64,000 bases of DNA from a phage, in the sequence record OZ346222.1; one strand, 5' to 3'. The position numbers and the translations under genes are program-made. Each line of letters opens with the position of its first letter. The stretch's first letter is position 1. Under the pieces are notes generated by a model that was not told the origin of the DNA, did not search any database, and saw only the letters and a list, made by a program, of their open reading frames with translations. Below, piece after piece: positions 35,718 through 46,249 of the stretch.

Positions 35718-37841
35718 TCAGCAACCACAACTTCCGTAGTGCTTAACTCGCTCGATAACTTCCGCTTGCTTACCTTTATTGTAAGGACGGGAGTTAGGAC
35801 TGGAAAGGTATCCAGACACACGTCGAATTACACTGATCGTTCCCTCTTCATGGTTTCCACACTCTGGGCATACAAAGCCTTTAGCTGTTGCACTGAACTC
35901 ACCAGAGAAACCACACTTGAGACATTTATCCACAGGTTGGTTAATACCAAAATACATAATGTGTTTATACCCGAAGTCAACAAGAGCCTCTAAAGCATCC
36001 AGGTTGTTTTTCAGGTTAGGTGTTTCTACGTATCCGATGTTGCCACCAGAGGAGATCATAGCAAAACCTTCCTCATACTCCCACTTATCAAAAGGAGAGC
36101 TATTTATCCATACTGGCTGATGGAAACTGTTGGTGAGATATTCATGCTCGTGCTTCAACACTTCCGGATATTCACGATCCAGACAGGTTGCAGCTTTATA
36201 GCATAGACTCTCAGAAGGAGTGCCGTACAAGCTAAATGCTAGTCTACTTTCCTTCTTGTATCGCTCACAAGCATCTCTCATGTGCTGAAGGATTCCAAGA
36301 GCTAAAGCCTTGTCACCCTCTCTGCCCAAAATCTGACAGGTTTCATACACACCGATATACCCAATACTGATGGAAGCGTACCCGTCATAGAAGAGTTTAT
36401 CAATACTCTCTTCAGGATCCAGGCGAGCAAGAGCGCCTTCACACCACATGATGGGGTTCTGCCCTGCCTTTGTTCCTTTTAGACGATTAACCCTTACAAG
36501 GTGAGCCTCGTATGCAAGATCCAAGTATTCGTCAAGAACTGCAAAGAAATCAACACCTTCCGTCTTAGCTTTTGCCGCAATCATTGGCAGGTTAAGGCTA
36601 ACAACGCCTAAGTTAAATCTGCCAAGGTATTTCTCCTCGCCTGTTTCCAAGTCATTGTATTTGCTAAGAAAACTCCTGCAACCCATGCTAGTTACTTTGC
36701 CATCTGTCGAGCCTGTCACTTTTCTATTTAGTGGTACAGATACGAAGTCAGGATAGATACGTTCTGCACAGCATTCCAGAGCTAATCGTTTCAAATCATA
36801 GTTAGGATCCCCAGGGTTCATGTTGACACCCTCTTCCAGGAAGAACAGCACTTTAGGGAACACAGGTGTGATACGTTCTTCACCAAGACCCATTTTGTGG
36901 ACTTTCAGGTAGTTTTTGGTAATCATTCTACCAAAGACCGAGGTATCCAGTCCTAAACTCAATGTGATGAATGGAGTTTGCCCGTTGACAGAAGTTAACG
37001 TGTTGATTTGATAGAGCAAAGTCTGCATGCTGTCAAATACGTCTTTATCTGTCATTTGCATTGCAACAGTTTCAGCATCCGGCAACCAATGTTCCTGGCA
37101 AAATTTAAGGTTCTTCTCATAGGTTGCTTCAGCATACTGTGCCAGATAATGATCAATATGGCTCATAGTCTGACCACCATATTGAGCACTAGCTACCGCA
37201 CTAGAGATTTGGCTAAGGATTGTTGTTGCAACCCCTATTGACTTCGGCTTACTGACATGGGCGTTACCAATGTTGAATCCGTTTTCCAACATATCTGGAT
37301 AATTTACCAAACAACAGTTTGTTAACGGACTGATCAAGTAGTCAAGATCATGCACATGGATGAATCCTTTATTGTGCTCTTCGGAGACACGGTCTGGCAG
37401 GATCTGTGTTGATGCAAGGTGTTTGCTAAGAATACCTGCAAGCAGGTCGCGATGAGTGTGTACATGATTAGTAGGCTTATTTGCGTTTTCTTTTGTAAAT
37501 TCATCACAAGTTCGATCCAAGAAGCCACTAATATCTGCAAGCAGTTTTCCACCTGCCTCTCTGTTATTATCTCTTGTCTGTCTATACTGGATGTATTCTC
37601 TGGCTGCACATTTTAAACCCATATCCATAAGAGCATCTTCAACAAGGATATGGATATTTTTTACAGAGATCGTGCACTGGTCGGTTGGTAGATTGTTAGC
37701 AACAACTTCATTAACCGCGCAGGCGATCCGGTAAGCTTCTTCTTCAGTATGTCCAGACTCAAGTAAGGCGGACTCTGCCGCCTTGATCACCTTAATTCCG
37801 TTATAGAACTCTTCTCTACCGTCCCGTTTTACAACTTTCAC
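35718..37841 (-). CDS. nrdD: anaerobic ribonucleoside-triphosphate reductase (class III)
   Basis: 707-aa track ORF; C-terminal glycyl-radical-like RRVSGYL and zinc ribbon CLKCGF...CPECG. Confidence 0.9.
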   Translation of the reverse strand: MKVVKRDGREEFYNGIKVIKAAESALLESGHTEEEAYRIACAVNEVVANNLPTDQCTISVKNIHILVEDALMDMGLKCAAREYIQYRQTRDNNREAGGKLLADISGFLDRTCDEFTKENANKPTNHVHTHRDLLAGILSKHLASTQILPDRVSEEHNKGFIHVHDLDYLISPLTNCCLVNYPDMLENGFNIGNAHVSKPKSIGVATTILSQISSAVASAQYGGQTMSHIDHYLAQYAEATYEKNLKFCQEHWLPDAETVAMQMTDKDVFDSMQTLLYQINTLTSVNGQTPFITLSLGLDTSVFGRMITKNYLKVHKMGLGEERITPVFPKVLFFLEEGVNMNPGDPNYDLKRLALECCAERIYPDFVSVPLNRKVTGSTDGKVTSMGCRSFLSKYNDLETGEEKYLGRFNLGVVSLNLPMIAAKAKTEGVDFFAVLDEYLDLAYEAHLVRVNRLKGTKAGQNPIMWCEGALARLDPEESIDKLFYDGYASISIGYIGVYETCQILGREGDKALALGILQHMRDACERYKKESRLAFSLYGTPSESLCYKAATCLDREYPEVLKHEHEYLTNSFHQPVWINSSPFDKWEYEEGFAMISSGGNIGYVETPNLKNNLDALEALVDFGYKHIMYFGINQPVDKCLKCGFSGEFSATAKGFVCPECGNHEEGTISVIRRVSGYLSSPNSRPYNKGKQAEVIERVKHYGSCGC

Positions 37842-38116
37842 TTTTTCTCTCCAAAACCATTCTTAACAAAAGAGATGAAATCGTCGGCACCGCCTATATG
37901 GACACTGTCAAGATCGCTTTCTAAGAAGATCTGTGGCAACGTTCTGGGGACAATTGGACTGCACTTCTCAATAAGCTCTTCTTTTGTGTAGCCCTCGCCA
38001 AGTGTCTTATATACAAAAGGCAGACCTTTGCTGATTGCAAATTCTTTTGCTCTGACACAATGTGGGCAGTTATCCTTACCGTAAATGATGATGAAAAAAG
38101 ATTTTTCGCAGCTCAT
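37838..38116 (-). CDS. glutaredoxin/NrdH-like redoxin
   Basis: Track ORF; CPHC active site; between nrdD and nrdB. Confidence 0.8.
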   Translation of the reverse strand: MSCEKSFFIIIYGKDNCPHCVRAKEFAISKGLPFVYKTLGEGYTKEELIEKCSPIVPRTLPQIFLESDLDSVHIGGADDFISFVKNGFGEKK

Positions 38117-38119
38117 ATA

Positions 38120-39268
38120 TTAAAACTCCCAAATTTCTTCTTCAGCGTCGTTAACAGTTGTGTTGACGCGGTAGTCAGTGTTCGACATTTCTTGGTTCGC
38201 CGTCTGTTGTAATGAAGGTTTCATCCACACCTGCATAAACGGTAGCGGGTCCTTTGTTGGCGGCACAAAGTCTTTGTCGATGTCGTAGTAATCATAAATC
38301 GGTGAGCAGTTATAGTCAACCCACTCTTTAAGCAACGGTGAGTTAAGACCTATAATCGCTCTTCCTTCGCTGAAAATATAGTCACTCCAACCGTACTCTT
38401 TGGTTCGTACTTCATCAAGAATCTCTTTTAACTCCCCCTTTATCTCAAGGAAGCTTTTCTCCCATGCGGGATCATTAAGCAAGATATCAATGATGGCAAA
38501 ATCACCTTTCGAATGTAGCATTTCGTCAAGCATGATTTTTTGAACAAGCTGCGCCACCTGAACAAAGATACCCTGTTCAGCTACTGCGAAAGTGCATGCA
38601 AAACTTGCAATAAACTCAATACTTTCCAGAGCTAAAAGCGCAAAAAGCGCTCTAAGAATGCATTTCCGCACAATATCTTCTTCAACACTAGAAGGATCCA
38701 GGCGGTATTTTGCACCAATAACCTCAAGCTCTTGCATGTATTTGACAATAACGCCGGATCTGCTCAGAACGTTTTGGTTTTCCTGAATCTCTTCTATAAT
38801 CTCACGGGCATTGGGGAGGCATTGTCTAACAATCTCTGAGTAAGTTAGTGCGTGAAGAACTTCAATCTCTGACTGTTTCATCAATAGAGTGAAAAGCTCA
38901 CTATTAGTGATGAATGGTGAAAAGAGGCAGATGATCGATCTTGCCGCAACGCTATCAGCCTCCCATTGCCACATCAAGGTCTGCACCATCACGTCATAAG
39001 TTGACTTTGAGCATGTTACAAAATCTGAAATAGATTGCGACAAATCCACTTCATCCTCTGCCCAATCTTGCTCTTTTTGTTTTTTGTATAGTTCAAACAG
39101 TTGTGGATATTTTTTGTTGATAGAGTCGTACATACCCATTTGCTGTCCCAGAAACAGCGGATAGTCACCAGTTTTATGAGCGGTGTTCTCAGCATTAAAT
39201 ACAGCCATTATTCTACCTCTAAAATGGGGCCGAAGCCCCTTTAAAATTATAGTGCACAGCTTTCGCAA
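38120..39268 (-). CDS. nrdB: ribonucleotide reductase small subunit (class I)
   Basis: 382-aa track ORF immediately downstream of nrdA; ferritin-like composition. Confidence 0.85.
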   Translation of the reverse strand: MRKLCTIILKGLRPHFRGRIMAVFNAENTAHKTGDYPLFLGQQMGMYDSINKKYPQLFELYKKQKEQDWAEDEVDLSQSISDFVTCSKSTYDVMVQTLMWQWEADSVAARSIICLFSPFITNSELFTLLMKQSEIEVLHALTYSEIVRQCLPNAREIIEEIQENQNVLSRSGVIVKYMQELEVIGAKYRLDPSSVEEDIVRKCILRALFALLALESIEFIASFACTFAVAEQGIFVQVAQLVQKIMLDEMLHSKGDFAIIDILLNDPAWEKSFLEIKGELKEILDEVRTKEYGWSDYIFSEGRAIIGLNSPLLKEWVDYNCSPIYDYYDIDKDFVPPTKDPLPFMQVWMKPSLQQTANQEMSNTDYRVNTTVNDAEEEIWEF

Positions 39269-41562
39269 TACGGATCTTCAACTGAACTATCTGCAATCAA
39301 AGGATAGTTCTTTCTGGTTTCATCTTCAGCCTGTTTCTTGGCATGAAGTTCCTCTGCCAAGGAGTCACCAGCACCAACCCTAGAGTTTAAATAATACCAT
39401 GTCTTCATCCCGAATTTAGTGGCACGGATAAGGTACCCTAACTGCTCCTTCATTGAAATTTTACCATCTTTCAACTTGGTGTAGTCTATGTATAAATCCG
39501 CGCTGATTGCCTGACCTGTGAATTTTTGAATCACGGCATACATATCGATCATGTCGTTAGTATCAACGTCCCAAGCCGAGGTGTAATACTCTTTCAACTC
39601 ATCATAGTCAGGAACGATAAACAGCACCTGCCCTTGTGGCGACTTTTTAAAGATAATGTGCTCACGGACAGGATAAACCCCGTTAGTGGTGTTTGTTGCC
39701 AGCGAAGAGCTTTCATTAGGCATATATGCTTCAAGAACGCTATTACGTAGCCCACCATTCTCAATGATTTCTTTACGTAACCCTTCCCAATCCTGTTTAA
39801 GAGAAGGATCTTTCACCACGCTATCGACCTCTTTGTTATAGGTGTCGATTGGTAACCAACCTTCTGGATATTTTGTTTTATGCATCCACTCGCAGACACC
39901 ACGCTCTTTTGCCAACCGTAAACTTGCCTTATGCAAGCTGTAGCTGTGAAGTTCTGCAAGATCGTGAACGAGCTGTTTACTTTCAGGAGACCCGTAAGTA
40001 ACCTTGTGGCTGGCAATAAAATGTGCAACATTGGTAAGGCCAACCCCGATGGATCTGCGTTTTTTAACTGTGCTTTCCATATTTTCATACGGATATGTCA
40101 TGATTTCCATAACATTGTCAATCATAAGCACCGTATAGTATGCAACATCCTCATACTCCTCTGGAGTAACCCTCCCAGCTACAAGAGATGACAGGAAGCA
40201 CAATGCAACCTCTCCATCATCAGCATCGTACTTGAAGATATTACGCATATCTGAATAGCCTTTTGTCGGGAGGGCTATTTCTGCACACAGGTTGCTTGAA
40301 TAGATCACATCTTTAAAAGGTGTATGTCTATTCATCTCATCTGTCCAGTATACGTACAGCCTTCCCACCTCAGTGCGCTGCGTGATCAGTTCAACAGCAA
40401 GATCTCTAGCTCGGATCCATGTTTTAGGAATACTGTCATCTTTAGCAATACGATCAACCTCTGCATCAAACTCCTCCATAGACATGGTGAAGATACCCTC
40501 ATGCAGTTGAGGCGCGTGCTTATAAGAAACAAGCATCCAATCTAAATTCTTAGCCACACGGTTGATAAACGACCTATTAATACCGATGGAGTAGTCCATG
40601 GTGTTGATTCTTTTTGAAGCAACAGTCATAGGGTTTCTCAAACGGATTAGCTCATCAATCTGCGGGTCCAGTGCAAGGAATGATACTGTTGCAGAACCAC
40701 CACGTGATTGTTGTCTGTTCTCCTTAACCCCAGCATCAATACCTCGATAATATGGAATCTTACCCATATGTTTAATAGTGTTACCACGAACACCATCGCC
40801 TGCAGATCTTGAGGATAAGTAGTAGCCGATACCTGCTTGGTTAACCGTCATTGTGTACGCAACTTCACGTGCCACACCAATAGATTTTGCTGTATCGTCA
40901 GCTTTTATTACACAACAAGATGCATACCCTGTCTTACCTGTGCGCAGCCCGTTTAAGTACGGTGTTGGGGCATTGATCTTTAAGTCGGACAGATAAGTGT
41001 ATAATTTTACAACATCGTTGATACGACGTTCTTTCGGCATATTCTTCATGACAGCCATTGCTATCCCCATAAACATCATCTGGGGAGATTCAAACAAGGT
41101 GTCTTTAAGAGTATCCTTGATCCCGTATTTGTCGCGAAACTGTTTAAGGACTGCATAGCCATAACCGAGATCTTTACTGTGGTCAATAACAGCGTCTAAA
41201 GTGTTTAGCTCGGTAAAGCTATAACCCATATCCTCCCAATAACCTTTCTCAACCATGTCATTGTAAAATGATGGTAAGGAAGGGATCTTTGTAAACCCTC
41301 CAAAAGCCTCTTTATAGATCTGACCAATAAGAACACGACCAGCCATACGGGAATGTGCTTCGTCTTTACGGCTAACACAAGAGTCTATAATAGCTTGGTT
41401 AACTTCTTTGGTTGTACATCCATCATACAACCGCTTGTAGGCATCCAGTGCAATATGTGACCAATTGCCGTTACCATCGTCACCGAAAATAGCTGCCTTA
41501 TTTAAACGTTCTGGATCGAATGCCACTTCACATCCGTTGCTTTTAATTACCTTGGTGATCAA
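39247..41562 (-). CDS. nrdA: ribonucleotide reductase large subunit (class I)
   Basis: 771-aa track ORF; N-terminal ATP-cone-like VIKSNGCEVAFDPERL; C-terminal Cys pair. Confidence 0.9.
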   Translation of the reverse strand: MITKVIKSNGCEVAFDPERLNKAAIFGDDGNGNWSHIALDAYKRLYDGCTTKEVNQAIIDSCVSRKDEAHSRMAGRVLIGQIYKEAFGGFTKIPSLPSFYNDMVEKGYWEDMGYSFTELNTLDAVIDHSKDLGYGYAVLKQFRDKYGIKDTLKDTLFESPQMMFMGIAMAVMKNMPKERRINDVVKLYTYLSDLKINAPTPYLNGLRTGKTGYASCCVIKADDTAKSIGVAREVAYTMTVNQAGIGYYLSSRSAGDGVRGNTIKHMGKIPYYRGIDAGVKENRQQSRGGSATVSFLALDPQIDELIRLRNPMTVASKRINTMDYSIGINRSFINRVAKNLDWMLVSYKHAPQLHEGIFTMSMEEFDAEVDRIAKDDSIPKTWIRARDLAVELITQRTEVGRLYVYWTDEMNRHTPFKDVIYSSNLCAEIALPTKGYSDMRNIFKYDADDGEVALCFLSSLVAGRVTPEEYEDVAYYTVLMIDNVMEIMTYPYENMESTVKKRRSIGVGLTNVAHFIASHKVTYGSPESKQLVHDLAELHSYSLHKASLRLAKERGVCEWMHKTKYPEGWLPIDTYNKEVDSVVKDPSLKQDWEGLRKEIIENGGLRNSVLEAYMPNESSSLATNTTNGVYPVREHIIFKKSPQGQVLFIVPDYDELKEYYTSAWDVDTNDMIDMYAVIQKFTGQAISADLYIDYTKLKDGKISMKEQLGYLIRATKFGMKTWYYLNSRVGAGDSLAEELHAKKQAEDETRKNYPLIADSSVEDPYCESCAL

Positions 41563-41867
41563 TTTGCTTCCTCCACTTCACTAACGTATTTATCAAGGCA
41601 GGTATCAGTATCTTGCTGGATAAAAGTATCCTCTTCTACAGAGATATTTATAATTTTACCTGTATACTCGTCATAATAGACATCATCATACATTTTAATA
41701 TCGTTTGTCAGGCCATTGAACCAAAGCCAACCAACATACTCTGCCCGACTTGCAAAACCAAGATCCTTCCACTTGGAGTTATGACTCATCTTCACCACCT
41801 TAGCTTTCAATACCGAATAATTTTTCCAGGCGATGCAGATCTTCAAAATTGAAAGGTTCATCAACAA
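41559..41867 (-). CDS. hypothetical protein (102 aa)
   Basis: Track ORF. Confidence 0.5.
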   Translation of the reverse strand: MLMNLSILKICIAWKNYSVLKAKVVKMSHNSKWKDLGFASRAEYVGWLWFNGLTNDIKMYDDVYYDEYTGKIINISVEEDTFIQQDTDTCLDKYVSEVEEAN

Positions 41868-42300
41868 TATGAATATCTTCAGCCTTTTCAGATTGTTTTG
41901 TATACTTTCTTACATTAACACGATCCTCTACGGGGATATCATACGGGAGATCTTGAACAAGCATTGCCTCACCAGGTGCTTTATCTACATCTAAAATATC
42001 TACACCGTTATACATTTGTGGGTATCTAAAGTCTGCACGCATGACACCAGCAAATACATCTGCCTTTCGATAATGTGTTGGCTTATTTTTGCATCGAACG
42101 TTTTTTCCACGAAGAACATCAATACTTTTTAAATCAAACCCTACGGCAAAGAGTGCAGCTCGGAGACCGTTTCGTGTGCGAACGTTAAACCCGGGGACGG
42201 TAGATAGAAAATCTAAAGTAACTGAAATAAATGTCTTTTTAGGAATCATAACATTACTCATATCTGTCTCCATTTCTGGCTCACCAACAAAGTGAGCCAT
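41800..42300 (-). CDS. hypothetical protein (up to 166 aa; start likely internal)
   Basis: Track ORF; overlaps upstream gene. Confidence 0.5.
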   Translation of the reverse strand: MAHFVGEPEMETDMSNVMIPKKTFISVTLDFLSTVPGFNVRTRNGLRAALFAVGFDLKSIDVLRGKNVRCKNKPTHYRKADVFAGVMRADFRYPQMYNGVDILDVDKAPGEAMLVQDLPYDIPVEDRVNVRKYTKQSEKAEDIHIVDEPFNFEDLHRLEKLFGIES

Positions 42301-42359
42301 TATTATAGATTATCTAATACTATTAGTCAACACAAAAGTTACCTATCGCTGTGATAGGA

Positions 42360-43343
42360 TTAACCTTTCACGAAGTGGTTATTAAGCAGTTGTCTGTGCT
42401 GAACCCACCCACAAAAGTTGGCAGACCAGAATTTACCATCACGGTCTTGATGGGTTACACCTTCCTGCCAAGTACTGATGTCTTGTGTGATTTCACATGA
42501 AGACAGGTAGTAGTTTAAACGTTCCATTGCGTTATCGTGATCCATAGGTGTTGCCTGGTGCTCGTAAGGGCTTGCATGAATACGATCCCCACCAATCAAT
42601 TTTTTAGCCACACTATCTGCCTTTTCAAACGTGCTGTCAATATTTCGATAAGATACTTGTGCACAGCAACTAGCACTGATAGACAGAGCTTCTTTAGTAT
42701 CGAGAATGCAGAGCTTTCCTTCTGTGTCACGTACAGCGTAGTTAAACTCTCCGTCCAAATAAACGTGCTCTACATATGGGGTGTGCCATTGACCCGGTTT
42801 AAGGATTTCAGGAGTGCTATTCTCAAGAGCCTCCCACATACAATTAGCTAACATCTGAATCGTAGGATCCGCATCGTGCCAGCAACGGAGGTGGAAAAAA
42901 TTATTCCACTCGGTGCTTGTTACAACTGTTTTCATGCGCTGGAACGGCTCCACTAAGCGGTTACATACTTGCTTATGGTAACCAGCAAGGGCGAACTTCT
43001 CTGCATGCCAAGCGGCGTTTTTTGCAGCTTCTTTCCAAAACTCTTCAGGAGTTAGCTCCATGTCAGTGTACTCTACACGGATCTTTTGATCGTGTTCCCC
43101 ACCATCTTCCATTCCTCGCTTATTTACACCGAAGCGAACTGGCATTGCCGGATTCTCCACAATCTGTTGCAGCATCTTGCCGACAGGTACTGCACGGGAA
43201 GACATGGCGTTTCGGCTGAACACTCGGTGCGTCATAAGCTCTGAGTGAATAATTCGAGGATACTCTAGTTCAAAAGTGGTGATACGCTTACCTTTCTCGG
43301 AAATGCTGTCAGCAATAATCTTTGCAGTGCACAGTTTTAGCAT
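42360..43343 (-). CDS. thyX: flavin-dependent thymidylate synthase
   Basis: Track ORF; ThyX-like MTHRVFSRNAMSSRA motif region. Confidence 0.8.
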   Translation of the reverse strand: MLKLCTAKIIADSISEKGKRITTFELEYPRIIHSELMTHRVFSRNAMSSRAVPVGKMLQQIVENPAMPVRFGVNKRGMEDGGEHDQKIRVEYTDMELTPEEFWKEAAKNAAWHAEKFALAGYHKQVCNRLVEPFQRMKTVVTSTEWNNFFHLRCWHDADPTIQMLANCMWEALENSTPEILKPGQWHTPYVEHVYLDGEFNYAVRDTEGKLCILDTKEALSISASCCAQVSYRNIDSTFEKADSVAKKLIGGDRIHASPYEHQATPMDHDNAMERLNYYLSSCEITQDISTWQEGVTHQDRDGKFWSANFCGWVQHRQLLNNHFVKG

Positions 43344-43543
43344 TATTTAGCTCTCCTTGTTTTAATTTTGGAAATTTCGTCTGGGTTTATGTTGGCCTTA
43401 AATGCAAGGTATCTGTTGAACATGTCAGAGCACATATCTTGGGTGATCCTAGAGGCATACACTAGCTTACCTCCTAGATCATACACCTCTAGCCAGTCAC
43501 CGTATCTGACTACAGGATCGCCACCTTTAGAACATCTGCCCAT
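43343..43543 (-). CDS. hypothetical protein (66 aa)
   Basis: Track ORF. Confidence 0.5.
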   Translation of the reverse strand: MGRCSKGGDPVVRYGDWLEVYDLGGKLVYASRITQDMCSDMFNRYLAFKANINPDEISKIKTRRAK

Positions 43544-43544
43544 T

Positions 43545-44138
43545 TCAAATACCTTCTAAAAATTTTCCTATTTTATACCAGCTATTAGCGGTATAGTCAA
43601 CACTGACCTTTAACTCCTCGAATTGCTCATAAGGCGTATCTTTTAGGATTTTAATAACTTCAGGTCGTGAAGCGAATTGGTTCAGGTATTCATGCCTGTC
43701 GTCAATTATAACATCTACAGCCACATTCCCTTTGAAATGTGTGGCGTAGAAGCCGTGGCCCTGGGTGTGATCGTCCAGATCCATAAAATCACTGGTCCAA
43801 CGCTTTAAGAACCTTGATTTAGATGCAAGGTGACCTTTCTTGCATACCGAGATAAATGCAAGCTTGTGACCACGAGCCACCAAATCTTTCATAACCTCAA
43901 TAGCCCCCTCTTCAGGCTTAAGGAAGTCGTAGAGGAACGGATCACTCCAGAAATCAAAAGGTCCTATGATGTTTTCTTTGGGACGATCAGGCCAATACTT
44001 TGACAGATCGTAATACATTAGCCCATTAGAAGGTTTAGCTACTGTCTTACTGGCTGGACCATACAAACGCTCCAACCACTCCCACCATGCTGTTCCTGAA
44101 TCTACCAGTGTCAAATCTACATCAATTCCGATTAACAT
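43545..44138 (-). CDS. HAD-family nucleotidase/phosphatase (putative 5'-deoxyribonucleotidase)
   Basis: Track ORF; N-terminal IGIDVDLTL (DxD) motif and C-terminal IIDD. Confidence 0.65.
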   Translation of the reverse strand: MLIGIDVDLTLVDSGTAWWEWLERLYGPASKTVAKPSNGLMYYDLSKYWPDRPKENIIGPFDFWSDPFLYDFLKPEEGAIEVMKDLVARGHKLAFISVCKKGHLASKSRFLKRWTSDFMDLDDHTQGHGFYATHFKGNVAVDVIIDDRHEYLNQFASRPEVIKILKDTPYEQFEELKVSVDYTANSWYKIGKFLEGI

Positions 44139-44749
44139 TCTTCTTGGGCCTCTTTAGCATCAATATACTTGAACACAATCTCCGATGCACACTCCCAAGG
44201 TGCACCTTCAGGGTTTACAACATCAAACTCAACCCCTTTTATTCCGTTCTTTTCCAGACTTAGATAGGTTCTGGAATCATTTCCCCAGTCATATCCTACA
44301 CGGTGAATACGGAACAACAACAGATCTCCACCTGTGCTGTATGCGTACTCGCTAAGGCATGCCAGCTCCTCTTTGAATCCACCATCGGAGTAAACAACAG
44401 CCCCTTTACCTTCAGGGAAATCTTTCTTCAAAGATGCGACTGCGGCTTTACCGAAAGCATCTTCACCAAAGATAGGTTTAATCAGATTTTCACTACAATG
44501 GATCATCCATTCTCGCGGAGAAACATGCTTGCCGTCTATCATTAAGAAAGGGCAAGGCTCTTCTTTGTAGTGGCGGTCATAAAGTGCATTCCAGAGTTGA
44601 GGAGTTACACCAGCTGCCTTAATTGCCACACTGAAGAGCATCTCCTTAACCTCACGGTGGTGTGAGTTAGGAATAGCTTCCAACAAGAGATCTGCAATGT
44701 GATCCTTACCACTGCTAGGTGGGGCGTTAAGAACAATAATATCCATCAA
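44132..44749 (-). CDS. deoxynucleoside monophosphate kinase
   Basis: Track ORF; P-loop NAPPSSGKD resembles T4 gp1 dNMP kinase. Confidence 0.65.
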   Translation of the reverse strand: MMDIIVLNAPPSSGKDHIADLLLEAIPNSHHREVKEMLFSVAIKAAGVTPQLWNALYDRHYKEEPCPFLMIDGKHVSPREWMIHCSENLIKPIFGEDAFGKAAVASLKKDFPEGKGAVVYSDGGFKEELACLSEYAYSTGGDLLLFRIHRVGYDWGNDSRTYLSLEKNGIKGVEFDVVNPEGAPWECASEIVFKYIDAKEAQEEC

Positions 44750-44949
44750 AAACCTCCGTGGTATTCTTCAACTGCATCAATAATACTTTTACACTTATCT
44801 ACCAGCTCGTTAGCCACTACAGCATCGTCTTCCCAAACAGCTTCCTCAATCTGATCAAGCAATGATCGCATCTTACCCATCATTTCTGGGATAAAGTTTT
44901 CTGAAAAGCTGTCTGGAATTGTTAACTTTAGTGTCATTGTGGTCTCCAA
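44746..44949 (-). CDS. hypothetical protein (67 aa)
   Basis: Track ORF. Confidence 0.5.
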   Translation of the reverse strand: METTMTLKLTIPDSFSENFIPEMMGKMRSLLDQIEEAVWEDDAVVANELVDKCKSIIDAVEEYHGGF

Positions 44950-44964
44950 TCATACTATGCGTTA

Positions 44965-45423
44965 TTAGAAGTTTGTTTTTACACGTCCCTTCTCATCAAC
45001 CTCGTTGTTAGCTAAAAGCGTTACAAAGTCTGTGAAACGAACATGAAGAACCCTTTTCTTATCAAGGTATCCTAAAGCCACCCCTGAGAAATTTAGCATC
45101 AAAGGGGCTAAAGAAGCTCTGGCACTGAAATGCTGTTGTTCTACCCTTCCAACACCCTTAGTGTAGGATGGGTTAAGATTGTAAGTTCTGAATCCCAGTT
45201 TTGTTGGAGCTTTAGAATTAAAAACGACTTTATAGCGTTTCTTACTCAACTTATGCTCCAGGATAAGCATTCCCTTATCACCTTTGATAAGTTGAAAATC
45301 TGTAAAGTGCTCTTTTAAGACGAAAGGTAGTGCCAGTCCCATCGCCTGTCCTCTTTGTACCGCTGTCTCACCAAAAGCTTTTGCATCAGTAAGTTCTTTG
45401 GTCAAGTCTATGCTTTTGATCAT
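44965..45423 (-). CDS. hypothetical protein (152 aa)
   Basis: Track ORF. Confidence 0.55.
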   Translation of the reverse strand: MIKSIDLTKELTDAKAFGETAVQRGQAMGLALPFVLKEHFTDFQLIKGDKGMLILEHKLSKKRYKVVFNSKAPTKLGFRTYNLNPSYTKGVGRVEQQHFSARASLAPLMLNFSGVALGYLDKKRVLHVRFTDFVTLLANNEVDEKGRVKTNF

Positions 45424-46234
45424 ACCTGGTCTCCAAAATGTATTGTAGTTCTTTCTTACCTATACTCTTCATTCCAGCAGTCTTACCTGCTTCTTCTTGA
45501 AAAGAAGAATAGCATTCAGCAAACACTCTGTCAACACCGTTAACTAAAGATTTTATGAAATATGTTGATTCTTCAGATTTTGGGTCATCATCCCCCAATA
45601 CTTTTCCAGCATTATACCCAACACGTCTTACACAGAAGTCGTAGTCATCTGGTGTGCTAAAAGAAAATAACTTATTCTCTCCAATCTCTACAGGATCCCT
45701 ATTGCACGCCTTTTTCTCCCAAATTTGGAAAACACATGGCACGTCATAAGGTTTGCCATTAAGTAAAAACGAATTCTTAGGGCACCTTTCGCTGTAGACA
45801 AGGTGCATCGACATGTCCAGTTTGTTTGCAAAAAATATTTTTTCAAATGTCCGTGGCAAGATGAAGGCTATAGCCCCTCCAAGCTCTAGCAATGATGCAC
45901 AATGGTTAAAGAATTTGCAAGCTAAGGATGAATTCTTGCCAAATGGTGGGTTACCTATGAAGACATCTGCCTTGGGATGCACCTCCAAGAAGTTTGCCTG
46001 AATGCACGGTGTTGGTCCTTCAAATTCAGGATCTGGTACTAAATCGTACGACAGTATCTCTGAAAATAGTTTTGAAAAAGAACCCCTTCCAGCAGAAGGC
46101 TCAACGTATGCACAATTCCCATACTTATCTTTTACTTTACCAACAAGATATTCTGCATACTCAGGGTTTGTGTAGTATTTGTCGTTGGACTCTTTCTTGC
46201 TCAAAGTGCCTCCAAAAGGAAAAGGGAGGCGCAA
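45386..46234 (-). CDS. DNA N6-adenine methyltransferase (second, distinct family)
   Basis: Track ORF; SAM motif VEPSAGRGSF then catalytic NPPF. Confidence 0.75.
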   Translation of the reverse strand: MRLPFPFGGTLSKKESNDKYYTNPEYAEYLVGKVKDKYGNCAYVEPSAGRGSFSKLFSEILSYDLVPDPEFEGPTPCIQANFLEVHPKADVFIGNPPFGKNSSLACKFFNHCASLLELGGAIAFILPRTFEKIFFANKLDMSMHLVYSERCPKNSFLLNGKPYDVPCVFQIWEKKACNRDPVEIGENKLFSFSTPDDYDFCVRRVGYNAGKVLGDDDPKSEESTYFIKSLVNGVDRVFAECYSSFQEEAGKTAGMKSIGKKELQYILETRYDQKHRLDQRTY

Positions 46235-46249
46235 GCCTCCCTATAATTG

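Noticed and set aside
41800-42300. Dihydrofolate reductase next to thyX
   Set aside because: No recognisable DHFR glycine-rich NADPH-binding motif could be seen by eye; left as hypothetical
35718-43343. Group I introns inside nrdA, nrdB, nrdD or thyX, as in T4
   Set aside because: All four are continuous full-length ORFs in the track; no internal non-coding insert or P/Q/R/S elements seen
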